A stretch of 62,481 nucleotides of DNA, the filler included, from Rhabdomonas costata (taxonomy: Eukaryota): NCBI GenBank assembly GCA_019059605.1. It is 31 parts of 31 records of this genome, joined end to end, with 100 filler letters (N's around TTAATTAATTAA, not from the genome) between each part and the next. Parts side by side here need not be neighbours in the genome. Positions count along the whole stretch, not along the records: positions 1 to 1,918 come from JAHMHO010007365.1; positions 2,019 to 3,938 come from JAHMHO010007366.1; positions 4,039 to 5,956 come from JAHMHO010007367.1; positions 6,057 to 7,974 come from JAHMHO010007368.1; positions 8,075 to 9,994 come from JAHMHO010007369.1; positions 10,095 to 12,014 come from JAHMHO010007370.1; positions 12,115 to 14,033 come from JAHMHO010007371.1; 24 more parts are not named here. One strand, given 5' to 3'. Below are positions 1 through 13,343 of the stretch, piece by piece. Under the pieces are notes generated by a model that was given only the letters and a program-made list of their open reading frames with translations, did not search any database and was not told the DNA's origin. Made by a program: the position numbers and the translations under genes. Numbering within the stretch: position 1 is the stretch's first letter; each line of letters starts with the position of its first letter.

Positions 1-485
1 GGGTTGTCGTTTTAGTGCTCGTTGAAGACATTTTCCATGGGTGCATATGGGAGCATCTTTGCGGGACCCCTCCCCTCAACTGTTTTAGCCCCTCCTCCTC
101 TCATGTAAATATTCCGTTTTATATGTGTGTTGGCCCTCCCGTGATTTAGGGGCGATGCTCACCTCCGCTGAGGTTAAAATAGAGCATTTGCAGGGGTGCA
201 AGGGTTAGAGGGTGATGGAGTGTCTCCCAGGATCCCAACAGAAGCTTATCGAACTGGAGGGCGCTACACATGTGCCTGGCTCCTCTTCACTCTTTGGCTC
301 AATATGATGTGTTTCTTTTTTGCGTCCCATGAGTATCTCGTTTACAAGAGGAGAGCAGGGGTCTAAAACAGTTTGGTTTTCGCTTTCAGTCTCATTCAAA
401 ACTTTGCTTGCAAACCCAATGAAGTGGAATACATTGGCATGGGGTTTTCGGCACTGATCCAATGGGATCGCCATAAAAAGAATAC

Positions 486-1730
486 TGGTTTACTCGGCTG
501 TTGATGCAGACGTAGGTCAGCTTGTAGTCATCCCGAGGGTCCAGGGGGTCCACAAAGACGTGCTGGCCCCAGTTTCTGTTGATTGTTTTTTTCGGAAGCC
601 AACCCGAACCTGTAAAATCAGATGCATTATGCATAATGCATACTAAACCTCACACCCCAAAATCTGCAACCCATTATGACGAGATACAGTTGAGCAGCCC
701 ACACTTGCGCACACGTAGAAATGTCTCGGCAGACAGTATGGGCGAGAGAGACTAAAACAAACACTGCCAAAATCGTGTGCGTGAGGAAAGACCCTCCCTG
801 CATGGTTGGACCCACGTCAAAAGTGAGACAAAAACGGAGAAGCGGAAACGTGGAGTGAGTATATTGCCATATTCTCACGTTGAGCAGTACACAAGAAAGT
901 CGAACGTACCACTTCCTGCCCCCCCCCCCTCTCCCCCCTAACGGATCGCAATCCCAAACGCGGCGTGTGGGCATGGGAGAAGGTCTGGTGTGAAGGGAGG
1001 GGGGCTTGTACCCGAACATCAGAAGGGCGGACCCCACGATATATGGCATCAGCAGCAGCCAGAATGCGGGCCACGGGGAATACAGCAGCGCGGTATACAA
1101 GACCGCCCAGTAGAACAGCCCGAAGCCAAAGGACACGACCCTGAAAGCCCGTCCCTCACACATCAGAGCGCGCGCGCGCGCACACACACACACACAACCT
1201 ACACAACCTTCTCCCGGTTGCGTCAGGCGCTTTTCCAGGTGTCCCCTAATGCTGAACTTTTGTTCCAAAAGAACCCTTTGTGTACCACAGCGGCCCCCAT
1301 TCAGCCTGTATCTGACTTTCCTTTCCTGCTGCCCTTCCCGAAAGCAGCCCATGTCTCTCTCTGTTTGCCGCCCAACGCCAGAACCCTTTGAGGACTGCCA
1401 TTTGCTTTCATATCTGGATCAGGTTTCAGACACACACACTTACTCAGAAACTGTGTACACTGTGCACTGAGAGTCAGGAGACTTGTGCACTGAAAGTCAG
1501 GAGATTTTAGGGAACCCAGCGAGGCCAAAGCGCTTCCCGCTTCTATTGGCCACTGCCGCCGAGGGCAGGTCCTCGATGCATTACACCGCAGCTCCAAATG
1601 TATTTCTTGACTCCCTTTCCCTCTTCACGAAAAAAAAAGACGTACCCTTTTAGGAACATCCCCTTCCGAAAGGCATATAGAGGGAGCTCAAACAGGATCA
1701 GCAGCGCGTGCCGCAACCAGTACTGCAGCC
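486..1730 (-). CDS. Fatty-acid desaturase-like membrane protein, partial; exons 1730-1646, 1140-1012, 575-486
   Basis: GT-AG joins with matching phase give LQYWLRHALLILFELPLYAFRKGMFLKG-VVSFGFGLFYWAVLYTALLYSPWPAFWLLLMPYIVGSALLMFG-NWGQHVFVDPLDPRDDYKLTYVCINSRVNQ. FGNWGQHxFVD resembles the segment preceding the last His box of FA_desaturase-domain proteins. Confidence 0.7.
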
Positions 1731-2247
1731 CTAAAAGAAGGCACCCACAGGAGGGGGGAACAGCTTGAGATACGCATCGCAGGAAGCTCCACAACAGAGA
1801 AGGGAAGCGAACTCAAAGACCACAGGTCCCCATGGGGTGTCCATCCAGGGGTAATATATGACAAACGGTGAGAGACGTCTCTTCTGGCGGACCAAGGCTG
1901 TTTTCCTCACCCAAACCCNNNNNNNNNNNNNNNNNNNNNNNNNNNNNNNNNNNNNNNNNNNNTTAATTAATTAANNNNNNNNNNNNNNNNNNNNNNNNNN
2001 NNNNNNNNNNNNNNNNNNTTGTTTTGTTTTCGCGTGAAGGCTGGATTCCTCATTGCCTTGCAAATGAGTTGCCACTTATCCCGCGAAGTGGGTTGGGCCT
2101 AAAAATGGCGATTCATTCGTTCGTTCGACAGCACTATATACAGACGCAACTGCTCCGTGCTTTGCACGCAGAATCACCCAAAAGAATGACTTGCCTTGGA
2201 GCTTCAAGGGATTAGGGGGGGTGGGTGGAGAGGAGCGGTAGCCAAGC

Positions 2248-2808
2248 CTTGTTCAGGCGGTACGCAAGGTGGGTCATGTGGTAGTCAGCCAGGGAGATGG
2301 CCTGGGAGTTGAAGGTGTTGGTCTCCACAATGTCCGCTCCGGCGTCAAGGTACTGCCTAAAGCAACGTGTGTTGAACGTTGAACGAGAAACGAGGGAGAA
2401 GAAAGACGGACGAGGGACAATCATCAGTCAACACAACAACAGCGAAGAGGTCGTTGGCCAAATACAGGCGTCAGGAGCGGTTATCTGAAGGGGTTTTGGA
2501 AGCAACTGTGTTCAAAAGTGAAGAAATTCGCTGACGAGGGACGATCACCGGCACCGGGAGGAGCGAAGCAATGAGACCACAGACCGGTGGATGCTCTCGA
2601 TGATGTCCGGGCGCGTCAAGTTCAGTAGGTCGTTGTTCCCCTTCACGTCATGCGGCCAGGCCGCAAACTCCGTGCCGCGGTAGTCCGCCTCGCTGAGCTT
2701 GTACCTCTGAATCATCGTCCCCATGGCCCCATCAATAATCACCACCCGCTCCTGCAGCGCCCGCTGCAGGGCAGGCCACGAGGCCACCGTGTACGGCGAT
2801 GACGCCAT
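2248..2808 (-). CDS. metH: Cobalamin-dependent methionine synthase, N-terminal homocysteine-binding domain; exons 2808-2585 and 2356-2248
   Basis: [22 protein letters not shown]...[20 protein letters not shown] joined through GT-AG intron 2584-2357 to [25 protein letters not shown]; unmistakable MetH motifs. Confidence 0.95.
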
Positions 2809-4319
2809 CCCACAGTGCAGAAAGGCACCCCCGCAAAGGGCTCGGAGAGGTGTGGGGAAGGAGCGAAGAAGACGGAGGACCCGACCCGAAACGGCTGCCG
2901 CGGCAAGCGTGTGTGAGCAGTGGTGAGTGAGTGCAGGGTGGGTGGGTAGGTAGGTAGGTAGGTATCAGAGTGGAAGGGAGAGAGAGAGGGTCAGCAGATA
3001 AACCCCCGGACCAGAGAGATAAAGAGGTCACTGCAATCGTGAGAAACTGCGGGGGAAAGGGAATCTGTACCCCTCACCAACTACGCAAACTAATTGTGCA
3101 GCAACCGCTATGCAGTTTAAATGGTGAATGGCGATCGGAAGATGGGGACCGGGACAGAACATCGAGAGCACCTAAAATTTTGGGGCACGGTGCACAGCAG
3201 AGCATCATGAACAAACTTCCTCTAACGTCCGAGAAAAAAATAAAAAGGATCCGGAATTGGGGAAAAATTCTGACATTTGTCTTCCCTCTTCACCTCAAGG
3301 ATCAAGGTTTTGACAAAATGTGCATATATTCCGTGTATTTATCTCAGCAATGGTAATTTGAAGGAAAGAGAGGTGACATCTAAGGGGCGTAATTTACGCG
3401 CCTTTTTGTGTTAATTTTGAATTCTAAAAAACCCCGCGTGAAAGATTGTTCTGAATCAGACACCTTTGGACCACGAAGAAAACTCTGTGGTGAAGTAACT
3501 GTAACTGTGTCGTTAGATGCAGCCCTTTGCCTTTTTCGGGCTGTTCCAGACTTTACGTTTGCCATCCTGCCTTCACCCACAACAAAGATAAAAAGCGCAA
3601 ACGCTCGCAGAAAAAAAGACAGTTATGCTCCGCTCCGCAGCCCTGTCCGCTCCGAAAAAATCTCATACAATACATACAGAATAAAAAGGGATTGAACCTG
3701 ACCACTACGAGCAAGAGCAGCCGCGCGCAAACCTTCTCACCGACAGACCCCAAACCCAACGCCACGAACACGCACGCACCATGCCATCCTTTACACCACA
3801 GGACATTTACAAAAGACAGCAGAAAACCTCTTCCGCCCCAGAACCGAGGCATCCACAACCAAAAAAAGCCGCAGAACTGCGAGGAAAAAGCAGGACGCTG
3901 GGTGGACAGTGGGGAACCGAGGTTCACACCTCTGCCAANNNNNNNNNNNNNNNNNNNNNNNNNNNNNNNNNNNNNNNNNNNNTTAATTAATTAANNNNNN
4001 NNNNNNNNNNNNNNNNNNNNNNNNNNNNNNNNNNNNNNGGGTGGGTGGTGGACCGAGTCGTGTACTTTGAGCCAGGCCAATTCTGGCAAAAATGCAGGGT
4101 TGTATTTGAAAATGAGATCCTTATTGGAGCAAGGGATGACAAAAAAGCCGCATTTGATGAGTTTGTGGTGAAGAGAAAAAGGTATCCTTTTCTTAGACGG
4201 CTTTCACACCACCCAAGAAAAAGAAAAAAGCTTCCTCAGGGAGGGAAACTTGATTGACCGATTTAATTCATCACAAAAGCTGCTCCAGGTCAAGATTGCC
4301 CTTGCATGCCCTTGTGGGA

Positions 4320-4831
4320 CGACTGCAGCGCACACACCAGCGGAACGCTTCCCCTGCTTCTGGGAGGTACGGTTCTTTCGGACCGGCTTGCACCGAGGGC
4401 AGAACCAATCCCCTGGAACCAAAAAGGTGAAACTTTATCGCGCGTGGTGAATAGGGACCTATAAGCGAGTTCCTTTTGATTCTTTGTTTCTTTTTGTCGT
4501 TCCTTGGGTCTTCCTGCCAGAAGGGCGGTGTTCGTCTTGCAAATTACATGGAATCCAAGCCTCCAAGCATCTAACAAACCTGCTTGGACAGCATTTATTT
4601 TAGGTCTGTCTCTGACCAACTACTTCAGCAGAAAAGAAACGCCAGTCACCAGAACCAGCACGGCGAGAAAATGGGAACGTTGTGGGAGCGAAAACCCGCA
4701 CCTCACCGCACCTTCAGGAACAACGCGCACAGGGGGCACGAGGCAGAGCGTGTGGTACGCGGCGTCGCAGCTGTCACAAAGCAGCAACTCTTCGGCGTCC
4801 TCGCTGCGGCGGCATACCGTGCAAATCACAT
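4320..4831 (-). CDS. PHD finger protein, partial; exons 4831-4712 and 4412 to about 4320, with possible acidic upstream exons to about 5554
   Basis: CTVCRRSEDAEELLLCDSCDAAYHTLCLVPPVRVVPE-G-DWFCPRC gives a C4HC3 pattern across a phase-1 GT-AG intron. Confidence 0.9.
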
Positions 4832-5705
4832 CTGAACCCCACCACATCCCAAGACGAACCAAGATATTCTGGCTTTCTTTCAGTGTGGGCCTCAGCCAGC
4901 CAGCTCAAGCTGTGATGTCCAGGTCCTCCAGTCCGGCCCAATTGTGTCGGAAATCATTTTGGTTTGGTGTCTTTTCTGAAATTGAGTCAGGTTCGCGAAT
5001 CAGATGGAAACATGTAAATGGACAGCAAAGGTGGCGACAGTTGCCACAAGTGGTGACAAAAGGAAATTTCGACCCACCCATGCCTCAAGGGCAGCTGGAA
5101 TACGAATAATTTCCACAGTCAAACGGCCCTGCAAGCGAAAAAGTAGATGCAAACACAGCAGCTGCGGTGAACAACACACCAGAGCTCGAAGAGCTCGCGT
5201 CTGTGGCAACGTCAGGAATATCTGAGGAAAGAAACCTAAGTACAAGCATGTCTTGATCACAGCCACTAAACTCACGGAATTTGAAACTAATGGTGGAGAA
5301 AACCCCATATGCACCCACCGCTCAAGAGCGAACGCAGAGGAAGGCTGAAGCGGTTAGCGCAAAGTAGCAGAAGCGGTTAGTGGTAGTGATGTGACCATCT
5401 TGATCGGAGAGGCATGTCAATTGACTGACTGGCAGTAACTGGCACCCCGGGCTTGCTTCGCCTTGGCCCTCAAGCAACAGTGGACGAAAACTGGTTAAGT
5501 TTGGTTGCCCCGCGAGGTTCGCTTCATACCTTCTTCGCTGTCTTCTTCGTCTGGGAGTTCTACCTGAAGACACCAAAAAATGCTGATAGCTGTGCAAATC
5601 GGTCAGCAAAAGAGGAACGAGAAATTGAGGCGCTTTTTGTTGGTTTATTTTTGCTTTGGATTGACACCTCCTGTCAGTTATGCTGCTCTCATTTTCCTCC
5701 CGCTG

Positions 5706-5860
5706 TTACCGTGTTTTTTAGAGTGGTGGTTACTCTCGAGTTTCCACTCAAACGCGCGCAAGCGAAAACAAGAGAGCAAAAGGGGACGTCGTCAGTCACA
5801 AGAAACCTGCACATGACAACAGCAGCAAAGTGTGTCATGAACAGCTGGTTTCTGTCCCCT
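5706..5860 (+). repeat. Dispersed ~150-bp repeat, copy 1 (copy 2 at 27169-27317 on the minus strand)
   Basis: Colinear shared blocks: ttactctcgagttt, actcaaacgcgcgcaag, aaacctgcacat, agcagcaaagt, tcatgaacagctggtttctgtc. Confidence 0.88.
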
Positions 5861-6199
5861 GTCCACACACAAGAACTGTACAAAATAAGGTCACCCCATT
5901 CCCGCCCGTATCGTATCCTGCTCACATCCACCGCCTCAAGGCGGGGGCTCTGGACANNNNNNNNNNNNNNNNNNNNNNNNNNNNNNNNNNNNNNNNNNNN
6001 TTAATTAATTAANNNNNNNNNNNNNNNNNNNNNNNNNNNNNNNNNNNNNNNNNNNNTTTTGTGGTGGAGTTGACAAATTCAAGCTTACCACGAGATCGTT
6101 TGTAAACTTGAGATGCTTTAGACGACCAGTCTTGGTGGAAATATTTTAAGTGGTATCAATAAACGAGAAGTTTGACAACACTTGGACCACCGGCAGCAA

Positions 6200-7480
6200 C
6201 CGCACCGTATACGTGAGTGTCACTAAATTAATAGAGGAGTTCCAAGATGTGCTCCCGGATAAACTTTATAGTGGAATTCTACTTATCGGTCCACCGACCA
6301 TCAAATTGACACCAAACCTCGCGCTAATCTTCCGGTTCACCAACTATAGGGGATGTCACACATCGACCAAGAGAAAGTTATGAAACAGATTGATGAGTTG
6401 TCGGAACCAGTATAATCCGACAAACACCAGCAAGAAAGGTCCTATTGCGTAACAGGAAGGAAAATTTCGACGCATGGCATCAACTACCGAGCGCTGAGCA
6501 CTTTCAATGACAAGTATACTTTGCTACTAATTGACGAAGTGCTCGAGAGACTGTCAAAGGCACTTTTCAAAGATGGAACTATCGATCTTGTTTTATCAAA
6601 TTTGAAGCAAAACTGTAGACTAGCATAAAGTGGATTTCCAAATAAAATTCGGTTATTTGGACAGCGATGCATTTCGGCTGATGAAGGCACCAGCAAAGTT
6701 TCACAGAACAATTGATTTTGCATTTGTCTCTTCAAACTTCACAAAACGTTTACGAAGAGACATTCCAGGGTTCTAGTAGACACTCAAAGAACACATGGAA
6801 CACCACCTCGTCAAGGTCTGAGCCGACTCCGGAAGAAACAACTCCATGTAAAATTGAATAAGTGTTACTTCTATCAACCTGAAATCGAGTCTGTGTGAGA
6901 GACATACGAGCAGTCAACGAGAAGCTGCAGTCGATCTCGGACCCCACAAAAAGTCAATAACGTTTGAAGTTTCGTCGGGTTTTGTGGTTTTTACCACACA
7001 TTTATTTTTCAGTTTTCGAAGATATCAACCACACTGACCAATATTTTGTCAAAAAAAACACGTGCGACTAGGGTTATACCGAGCTTAACGGATGCGAGGA
7101 GCTGAAGGCACATCTCCTTCTATACTTTGTTTTTGCCTTAACAAATATCAACAAGCCGTTCATCTTGTACACTGATGCTATTGACGCCTGATTTGGAGCG
7201 ATGCTGATTGATTTTGAATAGTTGCCTGTACCAGCCGAAAGCTGAAAAATCATGAATCGAATCACACGACATATGAAAAAAGTTCTTGGTGCTAGTCAGT
7301 GCGCTCGACAAGTGGAGACATTACCTCCCTGGAGCAAATTTTGGTGTCTTCGCAAACACACTTGAACACTTATCTTAGCGACCGACACACGATAGCAAAG
7401 CCAAGCCATCTTCTAATCCGATGGTTGCAACTACTCTAGGAATTCAACCTGTTGATCACTCATATCACTGGAAAGTCGAA
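6200..7480 (+). mobile_element. Decayed Ty3/gypsy LTR-retrotransposon pol (RT/RNase H) remnant
   Basis: Fragments KLIEEFQDVLPDKL, YRALSTFNDKYTLLLIDEVLERL, NKPFILYTDA and KWRHYLPGANF in the expected order, interrupted by stops and frameshifts. Confidence 0.85.
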
Positions 7481-10230
7481 CGTTTAAGGATTACCATATT
7501 ACCTTTTGCGTCGCGACTCGTTGTGTTTTTGATTTTTCTAGCTATCGGCTTACCATTTTCTAGGTGCACAATTATTGAAGGTTTATCGCACGACTTTCTC
7601 CGGAGTTTGATTTGTTTGCACGTTTCCTCTATCTACCATTTTTTATCTAAAAGGCGTGGCGCCTTAGCATGGTTTGCTCTGCGGGCCTCCGTCTGCCAAT
7701 AAAGATACTAGGGTTCTTTTCTGGTTCTGCCTTTGATACCTATCTTTCAAAAAACGACGGGTCCTTTTAAAAACAGAACGGCAACACACAGACGCTGTGA
7801 CGACAAAAACTCTACGGAGTTGTTGCTCCAGTTTTACCGCTTGTACTAATTAAAAGTGGATTGGTAGCTAAGTAATCTTCTGTTTAAACATGCTTAGTGT
7901 GTGTGTTGCCGTTCTGTTTTTAAAAGGACCCGTCGTTTTTTGAAAGATAGGTATCAAAGGCAGAACCACAAAACNNNNNNNNNNNNNNNNNNNNNNNNNN
8001 NNNNNNNNNNNNNNNNNNTTAATTAATTAANNNNNNNNNNNNNNNNNNNNNNNNNNNNNNNNNNNNNNNNNNNNATCGAGCTTTGTCAGTGAGAAGCGGC
8101 GTATTGTTCGCTTTCTTTATGGTCCTTCATCGCCAATTCTCCCATTATCAACCCTGATATAAGTAGTCTTTTCTGCCATCCCCACCCCGCACACGCGCGT
8201 ATTACATGATTTGTCGTGATTTTGGCCCCCTTTGTCTCAAACGGACCTTTTCGTGGTTGCTCAACGACGCATACCCTTTCCCATAGCGGTCAATGATGTT
8301 CCACAATGGGGCACCCAGAATGCCATAAAAACCAAGGAGAGGGGGGCTCCGGCTTGGGGATTATTGTCCGAAAAAGTGCATTTCCAAATCGAGCTTGATC
8401 AATGCGTTATTTAACTGCGCTTTTTAAAATGCCATCCCAAGAAAAAGAGCACGGCGGCGCACGTAACATGCTTGGTGGTGACGTCGCTATTGTACCGCCG
8501 CAAAAACGGGGGGGGGGCATTGTGCTGACATCACGTATCCGACTGCTGGGCTTTGCGGTCGCGAGGGTGTGCGGGTGGTAAGCAGCAGAAGCTTTCAGCC
8601 AACTCCGCGGCCGAATTGCCTGCCCGAAAATCCGAGGCTGTTGTGCGGACGTGTATTTGCTGGTATGTGATCACTGATAGGGTTTTCGCGTGTATCATAT
8701 TTGCAACCTGAAGCGCGCCTTTACGTATGTCTGCGTTTGCTTATCCTTGGCTTTCTCTGACCATGTCAAAGGTGGAACGACAAGTGGCCGTCAAGGCATT
8801 CGAATCAGTTCGCCGTCATGAAATTCATCAGCTACCTCTCTGTCACTCTTTTTTCAATACCGCCGCACGTATGCCCTTTGGCAAGCACGGCATCGGGGCC
8901 CCCTGTCGAAGTGGCTCACACCCAAAGGCGCGAAACCACTGATGCGAGGGGAAGCCTCGCTGCGGCAAAAGTAGCACAGCTTGGCGGATGGAGGCAAGCC
9001 GCGAGCAGCTGCATGGCCGTGATCTCTCAATAGTAGATAGAGGACGGACGCCCGCGATGGTCGCCTTCCTTTCCATCTTTGGAGATCACGAAAGACGGCT
9101 GACTGTGTGAACAGCGCTGACTGGTCTGAAGCCAGCACTCAACACTGCCGAGGAGTGTTCAGGAAGCAGTCCGCCACATGGTACTCCTCCCAACCCCACC
9201 ATTCCTTTGTGGGCCGACTCGCTTGAGTCAATCAGTACTGCCCGCATGCAGCTGCCACAGGGCAGGTGCCCAGGACGCCGCTGCAGAACCAGTTGGCGCC
9301 CCTCGATCACCAAAACAGCCAATGCACGAGTCACCCTTTTCAGAGCGATCCGAAGAGGTTGCTTGCAGTGCGTGACTATAGGCCGCAGCTTCACCACCAG
9401 TTCGGCAGCAAACGAGATAAGACTCTTCTGCTTCACCGTCCAGTAACACTGCGGCCGACCCATTCTCCAGAACCGCCCACAGCTCCTAAGGAGTCCTGCA
9501 TGCGACGAACGTAGACGGGGTCATCGCTTGCCGAAGGGACATCGACATGGCAGAACCGTGAGCTCTCCAAAAACACGACATTCTGAATGGAATTCCACTG
9601 CACGCAGCACATTGTCACTACCCTCCCCGAACTGCGGTCAACTCGCACCGGCAGCACGCCTCCTTCCGGGCGGCGACCAGCTCCCGCTTCAGAACCGGAG
9701 CGGGAGACTTCATCCAAGGTCCCAGCATTCGCAATGTCGGCTCCAGCACAGCCGCAGCAGCCTTCTGAGCCCGCTCCACAGTAAAGCCCCAAGCGTTCCG
9801 AGGTCTCCTCGAACTGCTTGGCAATCCGTTGCAGCGAGGCAACGCCAGCCAGCTTTCTCAGTCGCTGGCAGCATGGCAGCTGTTGCCAGCTTCGACAGAT
9901 GGCGTGACCTTAGGACCGTGGAACCCACGTCGGCAAGGCCCCACATCGACAGGGTCCACGAAGTCCCAGGGGATGGATGCTGGACAGAGAATTGNNNNNN
10001 NNNNNNNNNNNNNNNNNNNNNNNNNNNNNNNNNNNNNNTTAATTAATTAANNNNNNNNNNNNNNNNNNNNNNNNNNNNNNNNNNNNNNNNNNNNTGTTGG
10101 TGTGTTTGGGGGTTGTGGTATAGCTGCTACTAGTCGCTTGCATTGCATTGTCTGGAGGGAGGCAGAGCGGTCGGAGGCGTGACGTTGCCAAACTGGCGCA
10201 GAAAGGGGAGGAGGAGGAGGGTGGGAGTGC

Positions 10231-11568
10231 CTCGGGTAGCCTTCGTGCCCGAGGGGGCGCACACGGAGTCGTAGCCGCGGCTGAACAGGGCGGTGCGGTT
10301 CAGGGCCTCGTCGGCCCCACTCACAACCAAAGGCCGCCCCAGCGCCACGCGGCACAGCAGCAGCTGGTTGCCCAGGGCGAAGTGGCGACTCTTTTCAGGA
10401 TCCGAGGCGAAGTAGATCCCCGGCCCGAACATCCCCCTGGGGGCCACACAGGCAGAGACCCATTTGCTCCTCCTTATTAAACTCGGCCGGGAGTGATCGG
10501 ATGTTTGGTTCTATCTCTCGTTCCCTGCCCATGTCTTCCACCGTGACACGGGTCTCAAACCCACGCCCTCTCCCCTCACAACAACAGCTATGCAAGTATG
10601 CCTGAGTCTTGCAGCACCATTTACTGAAAAAAAAAACTGCTCAGATGCTGCTGGCAGCCACACAGTGTCATCTGCGGCGCCCATCCAGGTTGCGCAAAAG
10701 CTCTTCCTGCGAATCCGCCTCCACTTCACGGCATAAAAACCAAAATGCTGTGCACACAGATGTAAACACAGGCACACCGCTGCAATGTGGGCAGGTGAAA
10801 GCCATTGGCGATGATGGACATAGGATCCACGGACCCGTGGAACTTGCGCCGGATGTTGGGTTCCGGGAAGTAGCCCGCGGTCTGCTCAAACCTTCGGCTG
10901 AGAACTGACACGACGGACGGAGAGAGTAGCACTTGCAAAAACAAAGGAACATTGCAACTCCGTAACTCCGTGAGTGGAAATGCGCTTAAATCATCAGAAA
11001 CGGGAGGGGGGGCATAGGCGGCATACAAAAGAAGAAGAACGTAAACGCTACCGCGTCCCCCCTCCACCAGAACGACACATGGCGTAACCCTAGAAGGCGG
11101 TGCACGGTGTCCCCTAGAACGCCCTACCGATCACTGTTAAGGCTACAACACCACAGAAAAGACCGCTGGAACTCCAAAGCAGCGAAGTTCGAGGTTCGGG
11201 TTCGGATTTTTGCTTTCAGCAGGCCATTCCATAATTCGGATTACGGTTTTCAGCCAACGTCCTCTCCCCGCTCCACCCCATTGTCCAATACCCCGCGATC
11301 CCAAACCGCCCCTCTGACCCAATTGTCCTCACCGCAAGACGTGAGTCACGTTTTGGTGGCGGTGGTTTGGCTCAACCACAGAAAGGCCCCACACAGAGGG
11401 ACGCAATGCCCACAGCAACATCGCCGCCTACACCGAAAGCCCGCGCATACCTGGGTTGTGAATCCGCTGTATCCGAGTCAGCTCCACTGCCGCAAAGACG
11501 CTGTCCGAAAACAGCGCGACAATGTCGTTGATCTCCGCGGCGTCTGTTACCTCCTCCAGGTACTGCAT
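10231..11568 (-). CDS. PARP (ARTD) catalytic-domain protein, 3' end missing; exons 11568-11451, 10904-10778, 10436-10231
   Basis: Spliced product MQYLEEVTD...TRIQRIHNPVLSRRFEQ...IRRKFHGS...IIANGFHLPTLQRGMFGPGIYFASDPEKS...LLLCRVALG...GYDSV. His (FHGS) and Tyr (GIYFA) motifs are present; two GT-AG introns are in phase. Confidence 0.9.
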
Positions 11569-12406
11569 CGTGGATGGGACGGGGCTGCTTCCTCACTCAA
11601 GAATGCTCACCCCAACCCCTTCTCCCTTAACCTCTTACCTTGGCCTCCGCCCTTCAATCTCTTCTCACAACCACCAAACCTCACGAGCAGCGGCCTCTCC
11701 TGCAAACACCCCATCATGAGAACAATAGGCGGCGAATGCCGGCGTTTTTGGCTTTTGACTGTGGCACTGCCTGAACCTTTGGCTCCCACAACCAGCCACA
11801 GCGCTGCTGCCCTCCTGCTTTCATCCTGCCAGATGAAAAGTACGAGGCCGGCCAACTTGCGTGGCAAACAGTCGCACGCTGCCGTAAAACGGCCGTCCAC
11901 ACACAACGCATAGGGGGCCTCTTCCGACGCCCGGAACCAAAACTCGTTGAGAAACAAATTAGAGTGTACATACAGGCTGGCAAAGGCGCACTCACATTAT
12001 TCACAAAAAAACAANNNNNNNNNNNNNNNNNNNNNNNNNNNNNNNNNNNNNNNNNNNNTTAATTAATTAANNNNNNNNNNNNNNNNNNNNNNNNNNNNNN
12101 NNNNNNNNNNNNNNGTGTTGGTGTGTTTGGGGTTTGTGGTATGTATACTTCTTTCGGATGTGTGAGTTTCAGCGGATATCATGGCATGTTTTATCTGATG
12201 CGGACTGCGCGTGGCTCAGTTGGTTTCGTAATTCAAGTCCAGATGGGACTGATGTTGCAATAAGTGTCATCCTCCTGTACGATAACGCCTGCCCCGGCCA
12301 ATATCATCGCTTTTATCCGACTGGGGAGCTGAAAAATGATGAAAATGTTAATCTCCCCGTGGGAGAGAAAGAGGGCGTTATCCTTGTGTTCGGAATCCTT
12401 TCTCAG

Positions 12407-13343
12407 GACTTTTGCCGCGCCTTCGGGGTGAAGCTTCTGGTCGTGTCTGAGGCACCCGTGCTGAGTGGCGACTCGGGTGCCGAGGATGGTTGTTCCCTTG
12501 GCTCCGTGAGCCCGCTGGGGATGGGCCATGCGGGCGGCGCGCTTCCTGTGCACCGCTCTGCAGGAAAATGGCTCCCTCTGCTGCGGCAGCTGGACGTCCT
12601 TCCAAAGGTTGTGCTTCAACCCACAAAGCCCAGATCACTTCACTGGGCCCTCACCTCGCTGTCTCTTTGGCTGAGGGAGGAATCCATGGCATCCCCGAGG
12701 GCTTTCCTTTTCGGATCTCGACGTTACTCCGGCACGGCGAACCATTACCAACCAATATGCCTCAGTTCCCCTTGCGAAAAAAAAACGATGCCAAATTAAA
12801 TCAATCTTGTTCCTGGCTGCTTTCGTGGAGAGAAATGAGCCCACCGCGCCTTCTATCACTGTTTGTGCATGCAATTCCAAGTTACCCTATCTAGAAATCA
12901 AAACGGCGATCACCTTCCATGCTCCCACTTTCCGTATGCGTTACCCTCACGTTGTTTTGCACCTCCAGCCCTCTCTGTTTCGGAGTTGTGCAGAAGTCCT
13001 TCATTACAGCTCTTCCTTCACCTCTAGTCCCCATTCTTTTCCCCGAGTTCCCTTGCGCGCTCCGTTGAACAGAGCTCTGGACATTGCTGCATCACAGATG
13101 ACATCTCGTTCACTTGCTCCTCCTCAGGTTCTTGGGCGCAGGGGCAAGGACGCCACGCCCTTCGCCGTGACTACTTTGACGATTCGTGTCAGCGGAAGCC
13201 TGCTTGACGGGCTCCTGGACGTCGAGGCTCTACCCTCTCGGCTGACTCGAGTGGTGACCGCGGGGCAGCAGGCCACGTGGCCCAAGCTCCAGATGATTGC
13301 CAGGCACACTCGAGTCGAGGAATTCCTCCACAACCACGTCAAG
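12407..13343 (+). CDS. Hypothetical protein; exons 12407-12607 and 13128-13343
   Basis: Two GC3-rich AG/GT-bounded phase-0 exons (DFCRAFGVKLL...LDVLPK; VLGRRGKD...FLHNHVK); no recognised domain. Confidence 0.5.

Noticed and set aside
7722..7968. Perfect 69-bp inverted repeat (7722-7790 / 7900-7968) as a MITE
   Set aside because: The outer arm ends at the contig end next to an A/C-only tail, typical of a fold-back amplification chimera.
10540..10575. tRNA B-box-like motifs (also near 17870)
   Set aside because: No cloverleaf or A box; no tRNA, rRNA or spliced-leader gene was recognised anywhere in the window.
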